Made by a program: the position numbers and the translations under genes. Positions 1 through 9,065 of a stretch of 46,245 bases of DNA are shown here, in pieces. Source of the stretch: an uncultured bacterium (lineage in GTDB: Bacteria; Bacillota; CAZWXO01); NCBI GenBank assembly GCA_964637885.1, contig CAZWXO010000005.1, positions 1-46,245 on the forward strand, in the 5' to 3' direction. Below the pieces are notes generated by a model. That model saw only the letters and a list, made by a program, of their open reading frames with translations. It did not search any database and was not told the origin of the DNA. How positions within the stretch are numbered: position 1 is the first letter of the stretch; every line of letters starts with the position of its first letter.

Positions 1-159
1 CGAATCCACGTGAACATGAAGCCCTGCCCCAAAGCGGCGTTGTGATTGATTGTATTGCGCAAGTGAATTGCCCCTATGGAACGGAGACTTGTTGATGTAT
101 TGGGAATGCCGTTGTTTTTTAGCAATTCCCTGCAGCCCCTCGGGGTTGGCAAGATGTGT

Positions 160-188
160 TTGCGGTGGTCTGTATCCTTTGCTATACT
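160..188 (+). promoter_or_regulatory. Putative sigmaA promoter for the polysaccharide locus
   Basis: TTGCGG (160-165), 17 bp spacer, TATACT (183-188) preceded by TGn (extended -10), about 37 bp upstream of the DUF4330 start. Confidence 0.55.
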
Positions 189-225
189 CTTATGCGGATA
201 GTTAACCAAGAAAGGGGTCGGACAG

Positions 226-711
226 ATGATTATTGATAACAAGGGGCGGCTTTTTGGGAAAGTCAGTATTATTGACATCATCGTGGTGGTGGCCGTCATT
301 GTTGTGGCTGTTGCTTATCTGTATAAGGATCAGGGAACTCAGGTAATCAGCGGGGGTGGAAAAACCGTGACGATGCAAATCGTCTGTAATTATGCCTTTC
401 CAGGAGCGGCAGATAGCCTGGAGGTGGGGGATCAGCTGGTAGCCAGCAGTGGTCTCACCAATGCTTTTATCGAGGAAATCACAGCGGAGCAGGCATGGGA
501 GACAGCACCAGATGCCGCAGGGCAAATGCAGCTTTCCCGCAATCCGTTTCGCGAGGATATTTATTTAACGATCGTCGCCGAGAACGCCCAAGTGACTCCG
601 GCTGAGATCGTCGTGGCGGGGCAAAAGGTACGCGCCGGCAAAGAAGATTTTTATATGAAGACGCAAACCGTTGAGCTAAAAGGCACGGTCTTATCTGTCA
701 AGGTGGATTAG
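226..711 (+). CDS. DUF4330-family protein (single N-terminal membrane anchor)
   Basis: The N-terminus MIIDNKGRLFGKVSIIDIIVVVAV matches the IDxKGRLFGKxxIID-TM start I recognise for DUF4330. RBS AAAGGGG upstream. Confidence 0.75.
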   Translation: MIIDNKGRLFGKVSIIDIIVVVAVIVVAVAYLYKDQGTQVISGGGKTVTMQIVCNYAFPGAADSLEVGDQLVASSGLTNAFIEEITAEQAWETAPDAAGQMQLSRNPFREDIYLTIVAENAQVTPAEIVVAGQKVRAGKEDFYMKTQTVELKGTVLSVKVD

Positions 712-713
712 CG

Positions 714-1031
714 ATGTTTAGATATTTAGCGGCCTTTCGGGCGCTGAGCAAGGCAACTTGGGAAGCAAGCCTGAGCCGCAACTTATTACGGGGCAGTTTT
801 TTTTGCCGCTGGCTCGTACCTGAGGAAGCAACGGATCATGATTCTTTCCCGGCTGGCTCGTGGATCGCTCGGGGCGGTGAGACTCTACTTAGACCGATAC
901 TTACAGCCTTGTGGTGGCTGGGTAAGCAATTCCGCACTCTAGCAGGAGCGAGTCAGGTCTTGCTTTTTTTGGAGCGGGCTTGGCAGGCTTCCTGGGCCGG
1001 CCGTGGACTAGCCTGGTGGCGCAACAATTAG
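714..1031 (+). CDS. Hypothetical Trp-rich amphipathic protein (105 aa)
   Basis: ATG 2 nt after the DUF4330 stop with an AGGTGG RBS. It fills the gap to the next gene and carries recurring WxxS/GS motifs. Confidence 0.5.
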   Translation: MFRYLAAFRALSKATWEASLSRNLLRGSFFCRWLVPEEATDHDSFPAGSWIARGGETLLRPILTALWWLGKQFRTLAGASQVLLFLERAWQASWAGRGLAWWRNN

Positions 1032-1061
1032 GCGCTGATAGACCTTGGGAACTGATATGAG

Positions 1062-2327
1062 GTGGTGTTCTCTGTGGAGATGAATTTGCTGAGGCAACGG
1101 CAGATCGTGCCGGAGCTGTACCCGGTTTTGGCCTATGTCGGAGTGGATTGGCTCATTCGCAATTCTGCGTTTTCGTATTTGGCCGGGAGTTGGGATGAGC
1201 TGGCTTTTTTAGCAATCGGTTTTATTTTGCTGGCCCGGATAGCTGTGTATCATCTGAGCCCTAGATTTGGTGCGGTCTTCCCCGTATTTTTGCTGTATTT
1301 AGCGATTATGGTTGGTTTGTTCTTGTTTAATTCCCCTGATGATCCGGCTGGAGTTGAGGGGCTTAGGGTCATGGTGCAGTATGTTTTATGGATGTTTATC
1401 GGCATGAATCTTCTCTTTTCCTGGCGAGAGCTGGAATGGATGGCGGATTTTTTTGTTGCAGTCTGCACTGTAGTGGCACTTTACGGTATGTATCAGTATT
1501 TTACTGGTTTAGAAATTCCTTTAACATGGATCGACTCGAAGGTTGAGACTACTCTTAAAACCAGGGTTTACTCGATTATCGGCAGCCCCAATATCTTAGG
1601 CAGTCTGATGGTCTTGTCCATTCCCGTTGCCCTGGCTCTCTTTAAGACTTGCGAGGCAAAAATTAAAAAGTATTACTATCTAGGTGCGATGTCGGTGATG
1701 CTTTTATGCCTGGTTTTTACCTTTTCCCGAGGAGCCTGGTTGGGATTTATGCTGGCAGCCTTGTTGTGTGGCCTTTGGCTGGATCGTCGCATTTTAGTGG
1801 CGATGATTTTATTGGTTGTCCTTAGCCCGATTTTAATGCCCTCGGTCTATGACCGGATGGCCTATATGATGTCTTCCGATTATCAGGCCAGCTCTGCCCG
1901 GGGAGGGCGGATTAGCCGCTGGACCTTGGCTCTAGCGGCCTGGGAGAAACAACCGGTAATTGGGGTGGGGCTAGGACGTTTTGGTGGGGCGGTAGCTGCG
2001 CGCTATTACCCTGAAGACAGCTTTTATGTGGATAGCTGGTACCTGAAGGTTGGCACAGAAAGCGGCTGGGTTGGTTTGGGGGCGACGGGATTATTCATTC
2101 TCTTTGTCCTGGGAGCAGCCCGTCGTGGCATTAATCAGGCCCGGGCCCCGAGCCTAAAGATGCTGGGGAGCGGATTATTGGCCGGGATGGTGGGCGTCCT
2201 GCTGCATAACCTGGTGGAGAATGTTTTCGAGGTTCCGATGATGGCGACTTATTTCTGGCTGTTTGCCGGATTTACTATTGCACTTCCCTGGCTGAATGGG
2301 CAGGAAGAGGAAGCAACCGATGAATGA
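1062..2327 (+). CDS. O-antigen ligase/polymerase (Wzy_C) family membrane protein
   Basis: Polytopic membrane protein with RVYSIIGSPNILG, LVFTFSRGAWLG, a large loop with GVGLGRF and LLHNLVEN. True start may be 1074 or 1080. Confidence 0.8.
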   Translation: MVFSVEMNLLRQRQIVPELYPVLAYVGVDWLIRNSAFSYLAGSWDELAFLAIGFILLARIAVYHLSPRFGAVFPVFLLYLAIMVGLFLFNSPDDPAGVEGLRVMVQYVLWMFIGMNLLFSWRELEWMADFFVAVCTVVALYGMYQYFTGLEIPLTWIDSKVETTLKTRVYSIIGSPNILGSLMVLSIPVALALFKTCEAKIKKYYYLGAMSVMLLCLVFTFSRGAWLGFMLAALLCGLWLDRRILVAMILLVVLSPILMPSVYDRMAYMMSSDYQASSARGGRISRWTLALAAWEKQPVIGVGLGRFGGAVAARYYPEDSFYVDSWYLKVGTESGWVGLGATGLFILFVLGAARRGINQARAPSLKMLGSGLLAGMVGVLLHNLVENVFEVPMMATYFWLFAGFTIALPWLNGQEEEATDE

Positions 2328-3438
2328 AAAAAAGGTGTTGCACCTAATCGGGGGCGGCGAATTTGGTGGGGCTGAGCGCCACGTTCTTTCACTAATGCAG
2401 GCGACAGATCGGCAAAACTTTACTCCGATGCTCGCCTGTCTCTGTGAAGGACCTTTTGCTGCCATGGCGGAGGCGTCCGGGTTTACCACTGCAACCTGGC
2501 CGATGGCGCATAAACTGGATTTAGCGCCTCGACGTCAGCTGCAGAGATTTGTCGAGGAGCAGGGAATTGAATTGCTGCACACCCACGGAGTCCGGGCCAA
2601 TTACTTAGCCCGTCCCTTGGCAGCCCGGATGAAGTTGCCGGTAGTGACAACTTTTCACAGCGATTTGGCTTTTGATTATCGGCATCGGCTGGAGTTTTAC
2701 TTTGCTTCGTTCCTGACACGGATTGGCAACCGCTATACTGATATTTTTATTGCCGTTTCGGCCTCAATTGCCAAAGGGATGGCGAAAATGGGGATCCCCT
2801 CCAGCAAAACGGTGACGATTCACAACGGTATCGATCCGGCCTCTTTCTCCCAAGCCTTGACAGGACCTGAATTACGGGCTCGCTTTGGTATTCCGGCAGA
2901 GGCCAGGGTAATCGGCACTGTCGCTCGCCTGCATCCGGTCAAAGGTCACCCATTTCTCCTTCAGGCAGCCGCCCGACTCGCCCCGGTTTTTCCCGATGTT
3001 TTCTTTCTGCTCATCGGCGATGGCCAGGATAGAAAAGCTCTGGAAAAAATGGCGGTGGATTTAGGGATTGCGCAGCATGTTGTCTTTGCTGGCTTTGTCA
3101 AAGATGTCGAAAGTCTCTATGCCGGGATGGATATATTTTGCCTGCCATCGCTGATGGAGGGGATGGGTTTATCCTTGGTGGAGTCGATGTATTGCGGGAC
3201 GCCGGTTGTTGCTTCACGCGTTGGAGGGATTCCGGAATTGGTGACGGATCAGACAGATGGGCTGTTGGTTCCCCCGGAAAACGTCGCAGCTTTAGTAGAT
3301 GCCTTGACGAAATTGTTGGATGACCCGGATTATGGCCGTCAGCTAGCTGCCCGGGGAAAAGTTACGGGTGGACGTTTTACGATTGAGGCCATGGCCCGCC
3401 AAGTTGAAGATGTGTATCGGAGGCTATTGGATTCATGA
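2320..3438 (+). CDS. GT4 family glycosyltransferase
   Basis: GGGEFGGAERHV N-terminal motif, RLHPVKGH, and the EGMGLSLVESM (Ex7E) motif. ATG at 2320 overlaps the upstream stop. Confidence 0.9.
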   Translation: MNEKKVLHLIGGGEFGGAERHVLSLMQATDRQNFTPMLACLCEGPFAAMAEASGFTTATWPMAHKLDLAPRRQLQRFVEEQGIELLHTHGVRANYLARPLAARMKLPVVTTFHSDLAFDYRHRLEFYFASFLTRIGNRYTDIFIAVSASIAKGMAKMGIPSSKTVTIHNGIDPASFSQALTGPELRARFGIPAEARVIGTVARLHPVKGHPFLLQAAARLAPVFPDVFFLLIGDGQDRKALEKMAVDLGIAQHVVFAGFVKDVESLYAGMDIFCLPSLMEGMGLSLVESMYCGTPVVASRVGGIPELVTDQTDGLLVPPENVAALVDALTKLLDDPDYGRQLAARGKVTGGRFTIEAMARQVEDVYRRLLDS

Positions 3439-3494
3439 TGCGGGAGAGCAAATTTATCGATAGGAACTGAAGTAAAGAGGGGACTAGACATAAT

Positions 3495-4664
3495 ATGAAG
3501 GAATTAACCGGTCAAGACATCATCTGCGTTTCGACTGTGGATTGGGAACCTTTGTGGACGCGCAAACAGCAGATTATGTCGCGGCTACCGGCGTCAAACC
3601 GGATCCTCTATGTGGAGCCGCCGCAAAGCTATATCGCGCATTTTAAAGACCCCGGACTGCGGGAAATTGCCTGCCGATGTGGGCTTCCGGCCCAGCGCCT
3701 TGGGGAAAATATGTGGATCTACAAACCCCGGCGGGTGCTTCCTTTTGCTAGCCGCTATCCGGGGATTAATCCACTCAACCAGCGCCGTTTGGCCGCGGAA
3801 ATCCAGACTCAGGCCGAGACAATCGGCATGAAAAACCCCGTTGTCTGGACCTACAATCACACCAGCTGTGATTTGTATCCGCACCTGCGGCATCAGCTAC
3901 TGGTCTATGATTGTGTGGATGAACATGGGGCTTACGCCGGCTTTAATCCGCTGCTTGTCCGGGGAATGGAAAAACGGCTCGTACAGGCCGCCGACATAAC
4001 TTTTTGCACGGCCCGGGGCCTCTATGAGACGCGGCAGGCGTGGGCCAAGGAAATCTGGCTGTCCCCTAATGCGGCCGATGTCGAACATTTTTCCCAGGCA
4101 GATGCTCCTGGTTGCGTCGTAGCGTCGGAGCTGCTTGAGCTCCCGCGCCCGATTTTGGGCTTCATCGGGGCTGTTAAAGAATGGATTGACTTGGATCTCT
4201 TCGCCGCCGCCGCCGCCGCTTTTCCTGCCGGATCGGTAGTGATTGTCGGGCCAGTGGGGGCAGGTCTGGACCTAGGCCAGTTAAAAAAGCACTCTAACAT
4301 TCACTTTCTCGGGCGCCAGAGCAAAGAAGAACTGCCTCACTTTCTTGCGGGGATGGATGTCTGCCTGAATCCCTTTCGGCAGGATGAACTGACAATCAGT
4401 GTCAGTCCGCTAAAATTTTATGAATATCTGGCCTCGGGGCGTCCGGTGGCATCAGTGCCGATGCCTGAATTGGCCGAATTTGCCGATCTCGTGGAGTTCG
4501 GTTCCGGGCCTCAGGGATTTGTCCAAGCGATTCATCGGGCCCTTAGCGATTCCCCCCGAAAAAAACAGGCCCGGATGGAGCGTTCCAGGGAAAATTCCTG
4601 GGAGAGCCGCACCAGCTTTATGATGGAAAAAATCGCTCCGCACTTGGCAGATGCCCATGTCTGA
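3495..4664 (+). CDS. Glycosyltransferase, TuaH-like GT-B family
   Basis: W-x3-W-TRKQQIM, VYDCVDEH, LGFIGAVKEWID and SPLKFYEYLASGRPV motifs. Confidence 0.8.
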   Translation: MKELTGQDIICVSTVDWEPLWTRKQQIMSRLPASNRILYVEPPQSYIAHFKDPGLREIACRCGLPAQRLGENMWIYKPRRVLPFASRYPGINPLNQRRLAAEIQTQAETIGMKNPVVWTYNHTSCDLYPHLRHQLLVYDCVDEHGAYAGFNPLLVRGMEKRLVQAADITFCTARGLYETRQAWAKEIWLSPNAADVEHFSQADAPGCVVASELLELPRPILGFIGAVKEWIDLDLFAAAAAAFPAGSVVIVGPVGAGLDLGQLKKHSNIHFLGRQSKEELPHFLAGMDVCLNPFRQDELTISVSPLKFYEYLASGRPVASVPMPELAEFADLVEFGSGPQGFVQAIHRALSDSPRKKQARMERSRENSWESRTSFMMEKIAPHLADAHV

Positions 4665-7305
4665 GCGGCAAATAGCCAGAGCAGCTGGCGTTTTACTTGT
4701 TATCAGCATCTTGGCCCGATTGGCAGGCTTTGTGCGGGAACAGGCATTGGCGGCTGTTTTTGGCACAAGCGCGGCAACGGATGCCTACCTGATGGCTTTC
4801 ACTCTTCCTAACCTTTTTTTTGTGGTCGTCGGCGGAGCTCTGGCGACGGCCTTTCTGCCTGTTATTACCCAACGTAAGGTCAGCGGGGATGCGGGGGACG
4901 ACAAGCGATTGGCGGCCTCGGTGCTGAATCTGACCTTGGTCGGGATGTTGATATTAGCCCTCATCGGGGTTATTTTTACACCCAGCTTTATTGCGCTTCT
5001 GGCCTATGGCTTTGCTCCGGATCAAATGGCCTTGACGGTTCGTTTGGCGCGGATTTTATTTCCCTGCGCGGTATTGTTGGCTATTTCCGGATTGCTCGGA
5101 GCCTTGCTCAATTCTTACAAAAAGTTTGCTGTCCCGGCCTTTACCTCGATCGCTTTTTCCTTGACTTTGATTGCCGGCATATTTTTGCTGACGCCGACGA
5201 TGGGCGTTGTCGGCTTGGCGTGGGCGACAGTTCTTGCGACGGTGGCGCAGGTGTCGGTACAACTCCCATCCCTGTACCGCAGCGGTTACCGGCACTCGCT
5301 GACGGCCTTTGATTGGCGGGATGAGGGTGTCCGCAAGGTTGGCAAGTTGATGCTTCCGGCGATGCTGGGCACATCCGTGGCGCAGATATATGTCACTGTG
5401 GACCGGATTCTGGCCTCGGGATTGCCGACAGGCAGTATCGCCGCTTTGAACTTTGCAAACAAATTGATGTTTCTGCCCTTTAATCTCTTTGTCATGACCG
5501 TCAGCACCGCCGTCTATCCCTATCTCTCTGAGCATGCGGCCCGCAAAGAATATAAAGAGCTAGGCGAAGCGACCGTATTTGGTCTGGTCCTGATTTCGAT
5601 TTTTACCATCCCGGCCTCAGTCGGGCTGTTTGTGCTGGCTGAGCCTCTTGTCGAGGTGTTGTTTCAGCGGGGTGCTTTTAACGATCACTCGACGGAGATG
5701 ACGGCCTTTGCTTTGCGTTTTTTGGCCTTGGGTCTGTTTGCCCAGGGGGCCTATAATATCGTCAACCGGACATTTTTCGCGATGCAGGACACCATGACAC
5801 CAGTTAAGGTGAGCGTGGTGGTCGTTGTCCTGAATATCTGTTTTAATCTGCTACTGATCGGTCCCCTACAGCATGGGGGTCTGGCATTGGCGAATTCGTT
5901 GGCCTCGATATGTAACCTCGTTTTCATTTATTATCTGCTGCGGCGGCGTTTGCCGCAAATGCCGGGCAAACGCCTAGCCCTTGATTTTGCCAAGCTGACG
6001 CTGGCTTCGGCTCTGATGGGTGGCGCAGTCTATTTTCTACAGTTTGAATATTTGCCGGGATTAATTGTGATGGACGACTTTGCTGGGCAGGCACAGGTTT
6101 TAGGCCTTTCAATTTTCGCAGGAGGGGCGGTCTATCTGTTTTTGATTCTTGCACTGAGGATTCATGAGGTAGAGCTACTGCGACACAAGGTGCACCGTCG
6201 GCTTTTTAAAAGCCCGCCAGGCCAGTCTCGCATTTTTATTTCTGGTTATTATGGATTTGGCAACACTGGCGATGAAGCGGTGTTGGCGGTTTTAGTCCGG
6301 CATCTCAGTCAATTGACCCAGGTTAAAAGAATTTCGGTTTTAGCTGCCAAGGCAGGCAGTACTCTGGAAGGGGTGCAAGTCGTCGGGCGACGCTCTCCCC
6401 TGCGCGTCTTAAAAGCGATTTTGCGTAGCGATGTCCTTATCAGCGGCGGGGGCGGGCTTTTGCAGAATGCGACCAGCAATCGTTCGCTGTGGTATTATCT
6501 TGCGATTATTTCTGTAGCCAAGCTGTCTGGGTGCCGCGTCTTGATTGTGGCCAACGGCATCGGCCCTTTGCGGGGCGACTTTAGTCGCTGGATGGTTGGG
6601 AGAGCGGTCGCCGGGTGCGACTATATCAGCGTTCGCGACGATGTTTCCCGGGAAGATCTGATTGCGATGAAGGTTGCGCCGGACCAGATCCGGCAGGTGG
6701 CTGATCCGGCCTTTTTGTTGCAGCGAGCGGATGTGGTGCCCTTGACACCTGACACTCCGATCGGCGAGAGTGGTGGAGCCTATATTGCAATCGCTTTACG
6801 CTTTTGGAAACGGCTTCCCTTGACAGGAAAATTGATTGCTTTGGTCAGCCATATTCAGCGCCAGACGGGGTATACCGTGTGTTTGGTTCCGATGCAGGAA
6901 CCGGCGGATCGCGAGCTGGCGGAAATTATTCGGGCAGCGGTTCCCGGGGTAGTTGTCACAGCGCCCCAGCTAGGCCCGCGACAAATTGCGGCTGTTTTTG
7001 CCAGTTCCGAGATGACAGTCGCGATGCGTTTACACGGTCTTATTTTTGCCGTTGCGGCCGGAGTGCCGGTCTTGGCGCTGGCCTACGATCCGAAGGTAGC
7101 TGCCCTAGCGGAGCAGACAGCTCAGCCCTGTGTAGCGGATTTAAAAGGGGCGACGGAAGAAGAATTGATGGCGGCTTTTGACCAGGCCTTCCAAAACAGA
7201 GCCGATTCAGCGCAGGCGTTGCATCTTCGCATGCCGGATTTGATGGCCGCTTCCCAGCAGGGGATGGAAGAAATGCAACGAGCTGTGGTGAGTGGAGGTC
7301 AGTAA
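4657..7305 (+). CDS. murJ: MurJ/MviN-family lipid-linked glycan flippase fused to a CsaB-type polysaccharide pyruvyltransferase
   Basis: The N-terminal ~525 aa show MviN signatures (ARLAGFVRE, TDAYLMAFTLPNLF, FANKLMFLP, VLFQRGAF, FFAMQDTMTP). From 6229 the same frame continues RIFISGYYGFGNTGDEA...SGGGGLLQ...SVRD...MRLH...YDPKV, which is CsaB-like. No stop between domains. Alternative start at 4651. Confidence 0.88.
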   Translation: MSERQIARAAGVLLVISILARLAGFVREQALAAVFGTSAATDAYLMAFTLPNLFFVVVGGALATAFLPVITQRKVSGDAGDDKRLAASVLNLTLVGMLILALIGVIFTPSFIALLAYGFAPDQMALTVRLARILFPCAVLLAISGLLGALLNSYKKFAVPAFTSIAFSLTLIAGIFLLTPTMGVVGLAWATVLATVAQVSVQLPSLYRSGYRHSLTAFDWRDEGVRKVGKLMLPAMLGTSVAQIYVTVDRILASGLPTGSIAALNFANKLMFLPFNLFVMTVSTAVYPYLSEHAARKEYKELGEATVFGLVLISIFTIPASVGLFVLAEPLVEVLFQRGAFNDHSTEMTAFALRFLALGLFAQGAYNIVNRTFFAMQDTMTPVKVSVVVVVLNICFNLLLIGPLQHGGLALANSLASICNLVFIYYLLRRRLPQMPGKRLALDFAKLTLASALMGGAVYFLQFEYLPGLIVMDDFAGQAQVLGLSIFAGGAVYLFLILALRIHEVELLRHKVHRRLFKSPPGQSRIFISGYYGFGNTGDEAVLAVLVRHLSQLTQVKRISVLAAKAGSTLEGVQVVGRRSPLRVLKAILRSDVLISGGGGLLQNATSNRSLWYYLAIISVAKLSGCRVLIVANGIGPLRGDFSRWMVGRAVAGCDYISVRDDVSREDLIAMKVAPDQIRQVADPAFLLQRADVVPLTPDTPIGESGGAYIAIALRFWKRLPLTGKLIALVSHIQRQTGYTVCLVPMQEPADRELAEIIRAAVPGVVVTAPQLGPRQIAAVFASSEMTVAMRLHGLIFAVAAGVPVLALAYDPKVAALAEQTAQPCVADLKGATEEELMAAFDQAFQNRADSAQALHLRMPDLMAASQQGMEEMQRAVVSGGQ

Positions 7306-7307
7306 AA

Positions 7308-8087
7308 ATGGCGATACTAACATCTTTGCCAACTTGTCGTGTCTTGGACTTTGATTTTGCTAAGCTGACCTTGGCGGAATCTCTCGCCTGGTTAAAAAAT
7401 TCTTTGGAAAATGAGGGATTGCCCCAGCACATCGTGACCGCTAATCCGGAAATAGTGATGCTGGCCCGTAAAAATCCCTTGTTAAAAACGATTATCCTCC
7501 AATCGTCAATGATTACGGCTGACGGCACCGGAATTGTCTGGGCGGCCAAATTCCTGGGCCGGCCTTTGCCGGCACGGGTGACTGGTGTGGAATTGACGGA
7601 TGGATTGTTGTCTCTGGCCGCCACAGCGGGCTTATCGGTTGGCCTTGTGGGCGGCAAGCCCGGGATTGCCGAAGCAGCAGCCATTAAGATGCGGCAACGC
7701 TACCCAGGGCTTCAGATTCCGGTGGTATGCCACGGCTATTTGCAGGATGTCGATCCGGCTCTGCCGGCTCGGTTGATGCGGGAAAATCGTGTGTCCATCG
7801 CCTTGGTCGCGATGGGAGCCCCCCGCCAGGAAGAGTGGATTAGTGCCCACAAGGAGCTGGCCGGGGCTCGGGTTTTAATAGGAATCGGTGGAGTCCTAGA
7901 CATCTGGGCCGGTTGCCAGCGAAGGGCTCCGGCTTTTTGCTGTCGTTGGGGCATGGAATGGGCCTGGCGCCTCCTTTGCCAGCCGACGCGTCTGGTGCGG
8001 GCTCTGGCGATTCCAGCTTTTATTTGGGCAGTGGTGAAGGATCGTTACAGCGGAAAAACTGGCAACAATTCCCGTGAAAATGCATGA
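7308..8087 (+). CDS. tagA: WecB/TagA/CpsF (GT26) glycosyltransferase
   Basis: HIVTANPEIV, ADGTGIVWA, RVTGVEL, VAMGAPRQEEW, GIGGVLD and EWAWRL motifs. Confidence 0.9.
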   Translation: MAILTSLPTCRVLDFDFAKLTLAESLAWLKNSLENEGLPQHIVTANPEIVMLARKNPLLKTIILQSSMITADGTGIVWAAKFLGRPLPARVTGVELTDGLLSLAATAGLSVGLVGGKPGIAEAAAIKMRQRYPGLQIPVVCHGYLQDVDPALPARLMRENRVSIALVAMGAPRQEEWISAHKELAGARVLIGIGGVLDIWAGCQRRAPAFCCRWGMEWAWRLLCQPTRLVRALAIPAFIWAVVKDRYSGKTGNNSRENA

Positions 8088-8228
8088 TTTAGCCAATAAT
8101 CCGAGCGAGCATCTTGAGCAGCACGAAGGCTAATTTATGAGATAGGTGGGGTTGGTCGTGGCAATAAGCTGGCAAGCATCGGGCAGATGCGGTAAAATAG
8201 GGACATCAATCGAGTCGGAGGAAATATT

Positions 8229-9065
8229 ATGGATTTAACTACTCGCCAGGAACTTGAAGATCAGGCCCGGCAGATTCGCTGCCACATCATCAAAATGCTA
8301 GAAGCGTCCGGCTCCGGTCATCCGGGAGGCTCGCTTTCGGAAACTGACATTCTTACATATTTGTATTTTTACAAGATGAAAATCGATCCCCAGCAACCTA
8401 AGCTGGATGATCGGGATCGTTTTGTTCTTTCCAAGGGGCACGGTGCCCCGGGGTTGTACGCGACCCTTGCGACGCGGGGTTTCTTTTCCGTCGATGACCT
8501 GACGTCCCTGCGCAAGCTGCATTCGCCTTTGCAGGGGCATCCGGACATGCGTAAACTTGTCGGAATCGAGATGTCGACCGGCTCCCTTGGTCAAGGTTTC
8601 TCGGCAGCCTGCGGAATGGCTATGGCTGGCAAAATGGATCAATCGCCTTGGCGGGTTTACGTCTTGCTGGGGGATGGCGAAATGCAGGAGGGGCAGGTGT
8701 GGGAAGCTGCGATGGCGGCCGCCCATTACCGCTTACATAATCTAACGGCAATTCTCGATTATAATGGGTTGCAAATAGATGGAACTAATGAGTGCGTGAT
8801 GTGTCTAGGAGACGTGGGTGCGAAATGGAAGGCCTTTGGCTGGAATGTACTGCCATGCGATGGCCACTCGATGGAAGAACTTGACAAGGCATTTAGCCAG
8901 GCTGTCGCATATGGTGCAGGCCCATCGATTATCATTGCTAAAACCGTCAAGGGAAAAGGGGTTTCCTTTATGGAAAACGCCGTCGACTGGCATGGAAAAG
9001 CTCCGGACAAAGCACAGGCGGCTCAAGCCTTAGCTGATTTAGGTTGTCAGGAGGTGGTGGCATGA
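8229..9065 (+). CDS. Transketolase, N-terminal (TPP-binding) subunit
   Basis: SGHPGGSLS, DRFVLSKGH, LQGHP, STGSLGQG and the GDGEMQEG...N TPP-binding motif. Confidence 0.95.
   Translation: MDLTTRQELEDQARQIRCHIIKMLEASGSGHPGGSLSETDILTYLYFYKMKIDPQQPKLDDRDRFVLSKGHGAPGLYATLATRGFFSVDDLTSLRKLHSPLQGHPDMRKLVGIEMSTGSLGQGFSAACGMAMAGKMDQSPWRVYVLLGDGEMQEGQVWEAAMAAAHYRLHNLTAILDYNGLQIDGTNECVMCLGDVGAKWKAFGWNVLPCDGHSMEELDKAFSQAVAYGAGPSIIIAKTVKGKGVSFMENAVDWHGKAPDKAQAAQALADLGCQEVVA

Noticed and set aside
4203-4220. (GCC)5 GCT repeat in the TuaH-like gene
   Set aside because: It is an in-frame poly-Ala run; triplet slippage would not switch the gene off.
8160-8176. TGGCAATAAGCTGGCA, GG-N10-GC spacing like a sigma54 promoter
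   Set aside because: The -12 element is TGGC rather than TTGC, no enhancer-binding context is seen, and a sigmaA-like TAAAAT lies nearby.
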